Of a stretch of 64,000 bases of DNA, positions 44,865-59,800 are shown in pieces. The notes under the pieces were generated by a model. The model was not told the DNA's origin. It made no database searches and worked only from the letters and a program-made list of their open reading frames with translations. The stretch is taken from contig OZ024740.1 of assembly GCA_964016885.1 (NCBI GenBank), forward strand, positions 442,122,001 through 442,186,000, given 5' to 3'. Position 1 is the stretch's first letter, and every line of letters starts with the position of its first letter. The DNA comes from Eledone cirrhosa (Eukaryota). Made by a program: the position numbers and the translations under genes.

Positions 44865-46866
44865 GACGGTTAAGGAGGCTGGGCCTTCGGAAATAGTTGC
44901 TGAGATGCTGAAAGCCTCTGGAACGGTGGGACACAGCAAGGTCACCCGGATAGTAAACCAAGTCATACAGAATGGGGTTGTTCCGAAGGACTGGCGTAGC
45001 AGCAGGATCATTAACTGTTATAAGGGTAAAGGAGATGCCCTATATAGGAGTAACTATAGAAGCATTAAATTAATCGACCAGGTCATGAAGGTCACGGAAA
45101 AAGTAATAGCACAACTAATCAGAGAGAGAATTGATCTAGATGAAATGCAGTTCGGGTTTGTGTCAGGCAAAAGTACCACAGACGCTCTTTTCATTGTACG
45201 ACAACTACAGGAGAAGTACCTAGCTAAAAGTAAACCCCTATAATTAGCTTTTGTTGACTTGGAGAAAGCCTTCGACAGAGTCCCCCGTTCCATTATCTGA
45301 TGGGCTCTTAGAAAACTAGGTGTTGACGAATGACTTGTGAGAGCTATACAAGCCATGTATAAAGAAACAGTCAGCAAGGTTAGATTTAACAACGAATATA
45401 GTGAAGAGTTTAGTGTAAAAGTTGGTGTTCATCAGGGCTCTGTTCTTAGCCCCCTACTATTTATTATTTCCCTTCAGGCTATAACAGTGGAGTTCAAGAC
45501 CGGCTGCCCATGGGAACTCCTATACGCAGATGATCTAACACTCATAGCTGAATCAATGGCCGAGCTAGAGAAGAAATTCCAAACATGGAAGGACGGCCTA
45601 GAATCAAAAGGCCTTAAAATTAACCTGGCTAAGACTAAAGTTCTAGTTTGTAGGAAAGAAAATAAGGCGCCGATCCCTTCCGGGAAATGGCCATGCTCAG
45701 TGTGTAGGAAAGGCGTAGGTAGAAACTCCATTTTATGTCCCAAATGCAAAATATGGGTGCATAAAAGATGTAGTGGGATCACAGGTAAGCTAACTAAGAA
45801 CATAGATTTTACATGTGGCCGGTGCTCTGGTGCAATAAGTAGCAGCAAGTGCCCACAAAATACTAGCTCTTTCAATTCCGCAGAGGGTTCTATAGAAATA
45901 GTGGACAGCTTCCGTTACCTGGGTGACAAAATCAGCAGTGGGGGAGGGTGCTCTGAAAGTACAGTAGCTAGAGTCAGAACTGGATGGAAAAAGTTCAGAG
46001 ACCTTATACCACTGTTAGCCGCTAAAGGGTTCTCCCTAAAAATGAAAGGCAGGCTGTATGATGCCTGCATACAAACAGCAATGTTGCATGGCAGTTAGAC
46101 CTGGGCATTGTGTGCAGAGGATATACGCAGACTAGAGAGGAACGAAGCTTGCATGCTCCGCTGGATGTGTAATAGTAATATACGTGAACGGCAAAGCATA
46201 AAAGAACTAAGCGAAAAATTAAAAAGAAGAGGGATCAGATTTTGTTTACTCGAGAGAAGGCTACGTTGGTATGGTCACGTGATGCCTATGAAAGACGACA
46301 GCTGTATAAAAAAGTGCAGGGCAATAAAGATAGACGGTAGCCACGGAGTAGGCAGACCCAGGAAAACCTGGGATGACCTAATAAATTCCGACCTCACACA
46401 CTTACACCTCTCCAAGACAATGTCACTGGACCGAGATCTTTGGCGGTACTCAGTAATAGAGAAGACCCGCCTTGCCTAAATACAAAGTAAACCTACTACA
46501 GTCAGTAGGCATATCTAACAAAATACGCCCCCGTCACACCACCCCCACCCCATCCACACCGCCCCTTTCAATGTAAAGTTACGTTGGTGCCACAACATCC
46601 AGGCCGAAACAAATGAGATCGTGTAGGTGTCACGACAAAAAAACACACAGTCCACGCTGTAATGTGGCCGTGTAGGCAACACGGTAAAAACCTCCCAGCC
46701 CCACACTGTAAATCTGGTTGGTGTTAGGAAGGGCATCCAACTGTAGAAAACCCGCCAGACAGTCCTATGCGAGCAATGACAACCACTCTTACCTCTAGTG
46801 GGAAAACTCCCGTCCAAACCCATGCAAGCGTGGAAGATGGACGTTAAACGATGATGATGATGATGA
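44862..46866 (+). mobile_element. 5'-truncated RTE-clade LINE (RT pseudogene 44862-46479 + 3'UTR + (GAT)n tail)
   Basis: YKGKGD, NYRSIKL, MQFGF, FVDLEKAFDRVP, GVHQGSVLSPLLF, LLYADD, FRYLG, RRLRWYGHV, GRPRKTW; four in-frame stops; tail GGACGTTAAACGATGATGATG. Confidence 0.94.
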
Positions 46867-47220
<354 letters not shown>

Positions 47221-47322
47221 GATATGTAGGAGGTGAGTTTTATTGTAGTACAATAAAGCAATGCAGATATCGGATAAGAAGCACTCTACAGTTTGTAGGA
47301 CTGGAGTATACATAATATATAT

Positions 47323-47645
<323 letters not shown>

Positions 47646-47871
47646 TATTGAAGTTTGCTTGAAGCATTGTGGAATAATAGGTAAATATCTTTAAGTCGTT
47701 TGGAAGCCTCGACAATGCAAGTGGGTAAATTTCCGGGTAACAAGATCCGGTGGTGGAGAGGGAGATGTAAGTAGGTGTACGTTGAGATGCGTGGTGTGTA
47801 TAAGACGTGTAGAGGAATGAAGGAACGAGTCTAAAGGATAAAATTAAAATAACAACTCGTGTTGTTATTTT

Positions 47872-50800
47872 AACAGTCACCTAGTGGGGAAGACAGACAT
47901 TATCAGGCTACAGCTGCCATATTATATAGTTTATACAACAGACCACAACAGTCACCAAATGGGGAAGACAGACATTATCAGGCTACAGCTGTCATATTAT
48001 ATAGTTTCTACAACAGACCACAACAGTCACCTAGTGGGGAAGACGGATATTATCAGGCTACAGCTGCCATATTTTATAGTTTCTATAGCAGACCACAACA
48101 GTCACCTAGTGGGGAAGACAGACATTATCAGGCTACAGCTGCCATATTACATAGTTTCTACAACAGAGCACAACAGTCACCAAATGGGGATGACCGACAT
48201 TATCAAGCTACAGCTGTCATATTATATAGTTTCTATAACAGGACCACAACAGTCGCCTAATGGGGAAGACAGACATTATCAGGCTACAGCTGTCATATTA
48301 TATAGTTTCTATAACAGACCACAACAGTCACCAAATGGAGAAGACAGACATTATCAGGCTACAGCTGCCATATTATATAGTTTCTATAACAGAACCACAA
48401 GAGTCAGCTAGTGGGGAAGACAGACATTATCAGGCTACAGCTGTCATGTTATATAGTTTCTACAACAGACCACAACAGTCACCAAATGGGGACGACAGAT
48501 ATTATCAGGCTACAGCTGTCATATTATATAGTTTCTATAACAGACCACAACAGTCACCTAGTGGGGAAGACAGACATTATCAGGCTACAGCTGCCATATT
48601 TTATAGTTTCTATAGCAGACCACAACAGTCACCTAGTGGGGAAGACAGACATTATCAGGCTACAGCTGTCATATTATATAATTTCTACAACAGACCACAA
48701 CAGTCACCTAATGGGGAAGACAGACATTATCAGGCTACAGCTGTCATATTATATAATTTCTACAACAGACCACAACAGTCACCTAATGGCGAAGACAGAC
48801 ATTATCAGGTTACGGCTGCCATATTGTATACTTTATACAACAGACCACAACAGTCACCAAATGGGGAAGACAGACGTTATCAGGCTACAGCTGCCATATT
48901 ATATAGTTTATACAACAGACCACAACAGTCACCAAATGGGGAGGACAGACATTATCAGGCTACAGCTGCCATATTATATAGTTTCTATAACAGGACCACA
49001 ACAGTCACCTAATGGGGAAGACAGACATTATCATGTTACAGCTGCCATATTATATAGTTTATACAACAGACCACAACAGTCACCAAATGGGGAAGACAGA
49101 CATTATCAGGCTACAGCTGTCATATTATATAATTTCTACAACAGACCACAACAGTCACCTAATGGGGAAGACAGACATCATGTTACAGCTGCCATATTAT
49201 ATAGTTTATACAACAGACAACAACAGTCACCAAATGGGGAAGAGAGACATTATCAGGCTACAGCTGTCGTATTATATAGTTTCAACAACAGACCACAGCA
49301 TTCACCAAATGGGGAAGACAGACATTATCAGGCTTCCGCTGTCATATTATATAGTTTCTATAACAGGAACACAACAGTCACCTAGTGGGGAAGACAGACA
49401 TTATCAGGCTACAACTGTCATATTACATAGTTTCAACAGACCACAACAGTCACCAAATGGGGAAGACAGACATTATCAGGCTACAGCTGTCATATTATAT
49501 AGTTTCTATAACAGGACCACAACAGTCACCTAATGGGGAAGACAGACATTATCATGTTACAGCTGCCATATTATATAGTTTATACAACAGACCACAACAG
49601 TCACCAAATGGGGAAGACAGACATTATCAGGCTACAGCTGTCATATTATATAATTTCTACAACAGACCACAACAGTCACCTAATGGGGAAGACAGACATT
49701 ATCATGTTACAGCTGCCATATTATATAGTTTATACAACAGACCACAACAGTCACCAAATGGGGAAGACAGACATTATCAGGCTACAGCTGCCATATTATA
49801 TAGTTTATACAACAGACCACAACAGTCACCAAATGGGGAGGACAGACATTATCAGGCTACAGCTGTCATATTATATAGTTTCTACAACAGACCACAACAG
49901 TCACCAAATTGGGAAGACAGACATTATCAGGCTACAGCTGCCATATTATATAGTTTCTACAACAGACCACAACAGTCACCAAATGGGGAATACAGACATT
50001 ATCAGGCTATAGCTGACATATTATATAGTTTATACAACAGACCACAACAGTCACCAAATGGGGAAGACAGACATTATCAGGCTACAGCTGTTATATTATA
50101 TAGTTTCTATAACAGGACCACAACAGTCACCTAGTGGGGAAGACAGACATTATCAGGCTACAACTGTCATATTACATAGTTTCTACAACAGTCCAGAACA
50201 GTCACCAAATGGGGATGACCGACAATATCAGGCTACAGCTGTCATATTATATAGTTTCTATAACAGAACCACAACAGTCACCTAATGGGGAAGACAGACA
50301 TTATCAGGCTACAGCTGTCATATTATATAGTTTCTACAACAGACCAGAACAGTCACCTAATAGGGAAGACAGACATTATCAGGCTACAGCTGTCATATTA
50401 TATAATTTCTACAACAAACCACAACAGTCACCTAGTGTGGAAGACAGACATTATCAGGCTACAGCTGTCATATTATATAATTTCTACAACAGACCACAAC
50501 AGTCACCTAATGGGGAAGACAGACATTATCAGGCTACAGCTGCCATATTATATAGTTTCTATAACAGGACCACAACAGTCACGTAGTGGTGAAGACAGAC
50601 ATTATCAGGCTACAGCTCTCATATTATATAGTTTCTATAACAGACCACAACAGTCACCAAATGGGGAAGACAGACATTATCAGGCTACAGCTGTCATGTT
50701 ATATAGTTTCTACAACAGACCACAACAGTCACCAAATGGGGACGACAGATATTATCAGGCTACAGCTGTCATATTATATAGTTTCTATAACAGACCACAA

Positions 50801-53800
50801 CAGTCACATAGTGGTGAAGACAGACATTATCAGGCTACAGCAGTCATATTACATAGTTTCTACAACAGACCACAACAGTCACCAAATGGGGAAGACAGAC
50901 ATTATCAAACTACACCTGTCATATTATATAGTTTCTATAACAGGACCACAACAGTCACAAATAGGGAAGACAGACATTATCAGGCTACAGCTGTCATATT
51001 ATATAATTTCTACAACAAACCACAACAGTCACCTAGTGTGGAAGACAGACATTATCAGGCTACAGCTGTCATATTATATCATTTCTACAACAGACCACAA
51101 CAGTCACCTAATGGCGAAGACAGACATTATCAGGTTACAGCTGCCATATTATATACTTTATACAACAGACCACAACAGTCACCAAATGGGGAAGACAGAC
51201 GTAATCAGGCTACAGCTGCCATATTATATAGTTTCTACAACAGACCACAACAGTCACCAAATGGGGAGGACAGACATTATCAGGCTACAGCTGCCATATT
51301 ATATAGTTTATACAACAGACCACAACAGTCACCTAATGTGGAAGACAGACATTATCAGGTTACAGCTGCCATATTATATAGTTTATACAACAGACCACAA
51401 CAGTCACCAAATGGGGAAGAGAGACATTATCAGGCTACAGCTGTCATATTATATAGTTTCTACAACAGACCACAACAGTCACCAAATGGGGAAGACAGAC
51501 ATTATCAGGCTACAGCTGCCATATTATATAGTTTCAACAACAGACCACAACAGTCACCTAATGGGGAAGACAGACATTATCAGGCTTCCGCTGTCATATT
51601 ATATAGTTTCTATAACAGGACCACAACAGTCACCTAGTGAGGAAGACAGACATTATCAGGCTACAACTGTCATATTACATAGTTTCAACAGACCACAACA
51701 GTCACCAAATGGGGAAAACCGACATTATCAGGCTACAGCTGTAATATTATATAATTTCTATAACAGGACCACAACAGTCACCTAATGAGGAAGACAGACA
51801 TTATCAGGCTACAGCTGTCATATTATATAATTTCTACAACAGACCACAACAGTCACCTAATGGGGAAGACAGACATTATCAGGCTACAGCTGTCATATTA
51901 TATAGTTTCTAATACAGGACCACAACAGTCACCTAGTGTGGAAGACAGACATTATCAGGCTACAGCTGTCATATTATATAATTTCTACAACAGACCACAA
52001 CAGTCACCTAATGTGGAAGACAGACATTATCAGGTTACAGCTGCCATATTATATAGTTCATACAACAGACCACAACAGTGACCAAATGGGGAAGACAGAC
52101 ATTATCAGGCTACAGCTGCCATATTATATAGTTTATACAACACACCACAACAGTCGCCTAGTGGGGAAGACAGACATTATCAGGCTACAGCTGCCATATT
52201 ATATAGTTTATACAACAGACCACAACAGTCACCAAATGGGGAAGACAGACATTATCAGGCTACAGCTGTCATATTATATAGTTTCTATAACAGGACCACA
52301 ACAGTCACCTAGTGGGGAAGACAGACATTATCAGTCTACAACTGTCATATTATATAGTTTCTACAACAGACCAGAACAGTCACCTAATGGGGAAGACAGA
52401 CATTATCAGGCTACAGCTGCCATATTATATAGTTTATACAACAGACCACAACAGTCACCAAATGGGGAAGACAGACATTATCAGGCTACAGCTGTCATAT
52501 TATATAGTTTCTATAACAGGACCACAACAGTCACCTAGTGGGGAAGACAGACATTATCAGTCTACAACTGTCATATTATATAGTTTATACAACAGACCAC
52601 AACAGTCACCAAATGGGGAAGAGAGACATTATCAGGCTACAGCTGTCATATTATATAGTTTCTACAACAGACCACAACAGTCACCAAATGGGGAAGACAG
52701 ACATTATCAGGCTACAGCTGCCATATTATATAGTTTCAACAACAGACCACAACAGTCACCTAATGGGGAAGACAGACATTATCAGGCTTCCGCTGTCATA
52801 TTATATAGTTTCTATAACAGGACCACAACAGTCACCTAGTGAGGAAGACAGACATTATCAGGCTACAACTGTCATATTACATAGTTTCAACAGACCACAA
52901 CAGTCACCAAATGGGGAAGACCGACATTATCAGGCTACAGCTGTAATATTATAAAATTTCTATAACAGGACCACAACAGTCACCTAATGAGGAAGACAGA
53001 CATTATCAGGCTACAGCTGTCATATTATATAATTTCTACAACAGACCACAACAGTCACCTAATGGGGAAGACAGACATTATCAGGCTACAGCTGTCATAT
53101 TATATAGTTTCTAAAACAGGACCACAACAGTCACCTAGTGGGGAAGACAGACATTATCAGGCTACAGCTGTCATATTATATAATTTCTACAACAGACCAC
53201 AACAGTCACCTAATGTGGAAGACAGACATTATCAGGTTACAGCTGCCATATTATATAGTTCATACAACAGACCACAACAGTGACCAAATGGGGAAGACAG
53301 ACATTATCAGGCTACAGCTGCCATATTATATAGTTTATACAACAGAACACAACAGTCACCAAATGGTGAAGACAGATATTATCAGGCTACAGCTGCCATA
53401 TTATATAGTTTATACAACAGACCACAACAGTCGCCTAGTGGGGAAGACAGACATTATCAGGCTACAGCTGCCATATTATATAGTTTATACAACAGACCAC
53501 AACAGTCACCTAGTGGGGAAGACAGACATTATCAGGCTACAGCTGTCATATTACATAGTTTCTACAACAGACCACAACAGTCACCTAGTGGGGAAGACAG
53601 ACATTATCAGGATACAACTGTCATATTATATAATTTCTACAACAGACCACAACAGTCACCTAATGGGGAAGACAGACATTATCAGACTAGAGCTGTCATA
53701 TTATATAGTTTCTATAACAGACAACAACAGTCACCAAATGGGGAAGACAGACATTATCAGGCTACAGCTGCCATATTACATAGTTTCTACAACAGACCAC

Positions 53801-56800
53801 AACAGACACCAAATGGGGACGACAGATATTATCAGGCAACAGCTGTCGTATTATATAGTTTCTATAACAGGACCACAACAGTCACCTAATGGGGAAGACA
53901 GACATTATCAGGCTACAGCTGTCATATTATATAGTTTCTATAACAGACCACAACAGTCACCAAATTGGCAAGACAGACATTATCAGGCTACAGCTGTCAT
54001 GTTATATAGTTTCTACAACAGACCACAACAGTCCCCAAATGGGGACGACAGATAATATCAGGCTACAGCTGTCATATTATATAGTTTCTATAACAGACCA
54101 CAACAGTCACCTAGTGGGGAAGACAGACATTATCAGGCTACAGCTGCCATATTTTATAGTTTCAATAGCAGACCACAACAGTCACCTAGTGGGGAAGACA
54201 GACATTATCAGGCTACAGCTGTCATATTATATAATTTCTACAACAGACCACAACAGTCACCTAATGGGGAAGACAGACATTATCAGGCTACAGCTGCCAT
54301 ATTATATAGTTTCTATAACAGGACCACAACAGTCACGTAGTGGTGAAGACAGACATTATCAGGCTACAGCTCTCATATTATATAGTTTCTATAACAGATC
54401 ACAACAGTCACCAAATGGGGAAGACAGACATTATCAGGCTACAGCTGTCATATTATATAGTTTCTTTAACAGGACCACAACAGTCACCTAGTGGGGAAGA
54501 CAGACATTATCAGGCTACAACTGTCATATTACATAGTTTCAACAGACCACAACAGTCACCAATTGGGGAAGACCGACATTATCAGGCTACAGCTGTAATA
54601 TTATATAGTTTCTATAACAGGACCACAACAGTCACCTAATGAGGAAGACAGACATTATCAGGCTACAGCTGTCATATTATATAATTTCTACAACAGACCA
54701 CAACAGTCACCTAATGTGGAAGACAGACATTATCAGGTTACAGCTGCCATATTATATAGTTTATACAACAGACCACAACAGTCACCAAATGGGGAAGACA
54801 GATATTATCAGGCTACAGCTGGCATATTATATAGTTTATACAACAGAACACAACAGTAACCAAATGGGGAAGACAGATATTATCAGGCCACAGCTGCAAT
54901 ATTATATAGTTTATACAACAGACCACAACAGTCGCCTAGTGGGGAAGACAGACATTATCAGGCTACAGCTGCCATATTATATAGTTTATACAACAGACCA
55001 CAACAGTCACCAAATGGGGAAGACAGACATTATCAGGCTACAGCTGTCATATTATATAGTTTCTTTAACAGGACCACAACAGTCACCTAGTGGGGAAGAC
55101 AGACATTATCAGTCTACAACTGTCATATTACATAGTTTCTACAACAGACCACAACAGTCACCAAATGGGGATGACCGACATTATCAGGCTACAGCTGTCA
55201 TATTATATAGTTTCTATAACAGGACCACAACAGTCACCTAATGGGGAAGACAGACATTATCAGGCTACAGCTGTCATATAGTTTCTATAACAGACCAGAA
55301 CAGTCACCTAATGGGGAAGACAGACATTATCAGGCTACAGCTGTCATATTATATAGTTTCTAAAACAGACCAGAGCAGTCACCTAATGGGGAAGACAGAC
55401 ATTAGCAGGCTACAGCTGTCATATTATATAGTTTCCACAACAGACCACAACAGTCACCTAGTGGGGAAGACAGACATTATCAGGATACAACTGTCATATT
55501 ATATAATTTCTACAACAGACCACAAAAGTCACCTAATGGGGAAGACAGACATTATCAGACTAGAGCTGTCATATTATATAGTTTCTATAACAGACCACAA
55601 CAGTCACCAAATGGGGAAGACAGACATTATCAGGCTACAGCTGTCATGTTATATAGTTTCTACAACAGACCACAACAGACACCAAATGGGGACGACAGAT
55701 ATTATCAGGCTACAGCTGTCATATTATATAGTTTCTATAACAGGACCACAACAGTCACCTAATGGGGAAGACAGACATTATCAGGCTACAGCTGTCATAT
55801 TATATAGTTTCTAAAACAGACCACAACAGTCACCAAATTGGCAAGACAGACATTATCAGGCTACAGCTGTCATGTTATATAGTTTCTACAACAGACCACA
55901 ACAGTCACCAAATGGGGACGACAGATATTATCAGGCTACAGCTGTCATATTATATAATTTCTACAACAGACCACAACAGTCACCTAATGGGGAAGACAGA
56001 CATTATCAGGCTACAGCTGCCATATTATATAGTTTCTATAACAGGACCACAACAGTCACATAGTGTTGAAGACAGACATTATCAGGCTACAGCTCTAATA
56101 TTATATAGTTTCTATAACAGACCACAACAGTCACAAATGGGGAAGACAGACATTATCAGGCTACAGCTGTCATGTTATATAGTTTCTACAACAGACCACA
56201 ACAGTCACCAAATGGGGACGACAGATATTATCAGGCTACAGCTGTCATATTATATAGTTTCTATAACAGACCACAACAGTCACCTAGTGGGGAAGACAGA
56301 CATTATCAGGCTACAGCTGCCATATTATATAGTTTCTATAATAGGACCACAGCAGTCACATAGTGGTGAAGACAGACATTATCAGGCTACAGCAGTCATA
56401 TTACATAGTTTCTACAACAGACCACAACAGTCACCAAATGGGGAAGACAGACATTATCAAACTACACCTGTCATATTATATAGTTTCTATAACAGGACCA
56501 CAACAGTCACCTAATAGGGAAGACAGACATTATCAGGCTACAGCTGTCATATTATATAATTTCTACAACAGACCACAACAGTCACCTAGTGTGGAAGACA
56601 GACATTATCAGGCTACAGCTGTCATATTATATAATTTCTACAACAGACCACAACAGTCACCAAATGGAGAAGACAGACGTTATCAGGCTACAGCTGCCAT
56701 ATTATATAGTTTATACAACAGACCACAACAGTCACCAAATGGGGAGGACAGACATTATCAGGCTACAGCTGCATATTATATAATTTCTACAACAGACCAC

Positions 56801-59800
56801 AACAGTCACCAAATGGGGAAGAGAGACATTATCAGGCTACAGCTGTCATATTATATAGTTTATACAACAGACCACAACAGTCACCTAATGTGGAAGACGG
56901 ACATTATCAGGTTACAGCTGCAATATTATATAGTTTATACAACAGACCACAACAGTCACCAAATGGGGAAGAGAGACATTATCAGGCTACAGCTGTCATA
57001 TTATATAGTTTCTACAACAGACCACAACAGTCACCAAATGGGGAAGACAGACATTATCAGGCTACAGCTGCCATATTATATAGTTTCAACAACAGACCAC
57101 AACATTCACCAAATGGGGAAGACAGACATTATCAGGCTTCCGCTGCCATATTATATAGTTTCTATAACAGGACCACAACAGTCACCTAGTGGGGAAGACA
57201 GACATTATCAGGCTACAACTGTCATATTACATAGTTTCAACAGACCACAACAGTCACCAAATGGGGAAGACCTACATTATCAGGCTACAGCTGTAATATT
57301 ATATAGTTTCTATAACAGGACCACAACAGTCACCTAATGAGGAAGACAGACATTATCGGGCTACAGCTGTCATATTATATAATTTCTACAACAGACCACA
57401 ACAGTCACCTAATGGGGAAGACAGACATTATCAGGCTACAGCTGCCATATTATATAGTTTATACAACAGAACACAACAGTCACCAAATGGGGAAGACAGA
57501 TATTATCAGGCTACAGCTGCCATATTATATAGTTTATACAACAGACCACAACAGTCGCCTAGTGGGGAAGACAGACATTATCAGGCTACAGCTGTCATAT
57601 TATATAGTTTCTATAACAGGACCACAGCAGTCACCTAGTGGGGAAGGCAGACATGATCAGTCTACAACTGTCATATTACATAGTTTCTACAACAGACCAC
57701 AACAGTCACCAAATGGGGATGACCGACATTATCAGGCTACAGCTGTCATATTATATAGTTTCTATAACAGGACGACAACAGTCACCTAATGGGGAAGACA
57801 GACATTATCAGGCTACAGCTGTCATATTATATAGTTTCTACAACAGACCAGAACAGTCACCTAATGGGGAAGACAGACATTATCAGGCTACAGCTGTTAT
57901 ATTATATAGTTTCTAAAACAGACCAGAAGAGTCACCTAATGGGGAAGACAGACATTATCAGGCTACAGCTGTCATATTATATAGTTTCTACAACAGACCA
58001 CAACAGTCACCTAGTGGGGAAGACAGACATTATCAGTATACAACTGTCATATTATATAATTTCTACAACAGACCACAACAGTCACCTAATAGGGAAGACA
58101 GACATTATCAGACTAGAGCTGTCATATTATATAGTTTCTATAACAGACCACAACAGTCACCAAATGGGGAAGACAGACATTATCAGGCTACAGCTGTCAT
58201 GTTATATAGTTTCTACAACAGACCACAACAGACACCAAATGGGGACGACAGATATTATCAGGCTACAGCTGTCATATTATATAGTTTCTATAACAGACCA
58301 CAACAGTCACCTAGTGGGGAAGACAGACATTATCAGGCTACAGCTGCCATATTTTATAGTTTCTATAGCAGACCACAACAGTCACCTCGTGGGGAAGACA
58401 GACATTATCAGGCTACAGCTGTCATATTATATAGTTTCTATAACAGACCACAACAGTAACCTAGTGGGAAAGACAGACATTATCAGGCTACAGCTGCCAT
58501 ATTATATAGTTTCTATAACAGGACCACAGCAGTCACCAAATGGGGGAGACAGACATTATCAGGCTACAGCTGTCATATTATATAGTTTCTATAACAGGAC
58601 CGCAACAGTGACCTAGTGGGGAAGACAGACATTATCAGGCTACAGCTGTCATATTATATAGTTTCTATAACAGACGACAGCAGTCACCTGATGGGGAAGA
58701 CAGACATTATCAGGCTACAGCTGCCATATTATATAGTTTCTATAACAGGACCACTACAGTCACCTAATGGGGAAGACAGACATTATCAAACTACACCTGT
58801 CATATTATATAGTTTCTATAACAGGACCACAACAGTCACCTAATAGGGAAGACAGACATTATCAGGCTACAGCTGTCATATTATATAATTTCTACAACAG
58901 ACCACAACAGTCACCTAGTGTGGAAGACGGACATTATCAGGCTACAGCTGTCATATTATATAATTTCTACAACAGACCACAACAGTCACCTAATGGCGAA
59001 GACAGACATTATCAGGTTACAGCTGCCATATTATATACTTTACACAACAGTCCACAACAGTCACCAAATGGGGAAGACAGACATTATTAGGCTACAGCTG
59101 CCATATTATATAGTTTATACAACAGACCACAACAGTCACCAAATGCGGAGGACAGACATTATCAGGCTACAGCTGCCATATTATATAGTTTCTACGATAG
59201 ACCACAACAGTCACCAAATGGGGAAGACAGACATTATCAGGCTACAGCTGTCATATTATATAATTTCTACAACAGACCACAACAGTCACCTAATGGGGAT
59301 GACAGACATTATCAGGCTACAGCTGTCATATTATATAGTTTCTAAAACAGGACCACAACAGTCTCCTAGTGGGGAAGACAGACATTATCAGGCTATAGCT
59401 GCCATATTATATAGTTTATACAACAGAACACAACAGTCACCAAATGGGAAGACAGATATTATCAGGCTACAGCTGCCATATTATATAGTTTATACAACAG
59501 ACCACAACAGTCGCCTAGTGGGGAAGACAGACATTATCAGGCTACAGCTCCCATATTATATAGTTTATACAACAGACCACAACAGTCACCAAATGGGGAA
59601 GACAGACATTATCAGGCTACAGCTGTCATATTATATAGTTTCTATAACAGGACCACAACAGTCACCTAGTGGGGAAGACAGACATTATCAGGCTACAACT
59701 GTCATATTACATAGTTTCTAAAACAGACAGTAACAGTCACCAAATGGGGAAGACCGACATTATCAGGCTACAGCTGTCATATTATATAGTTTCTATAACA

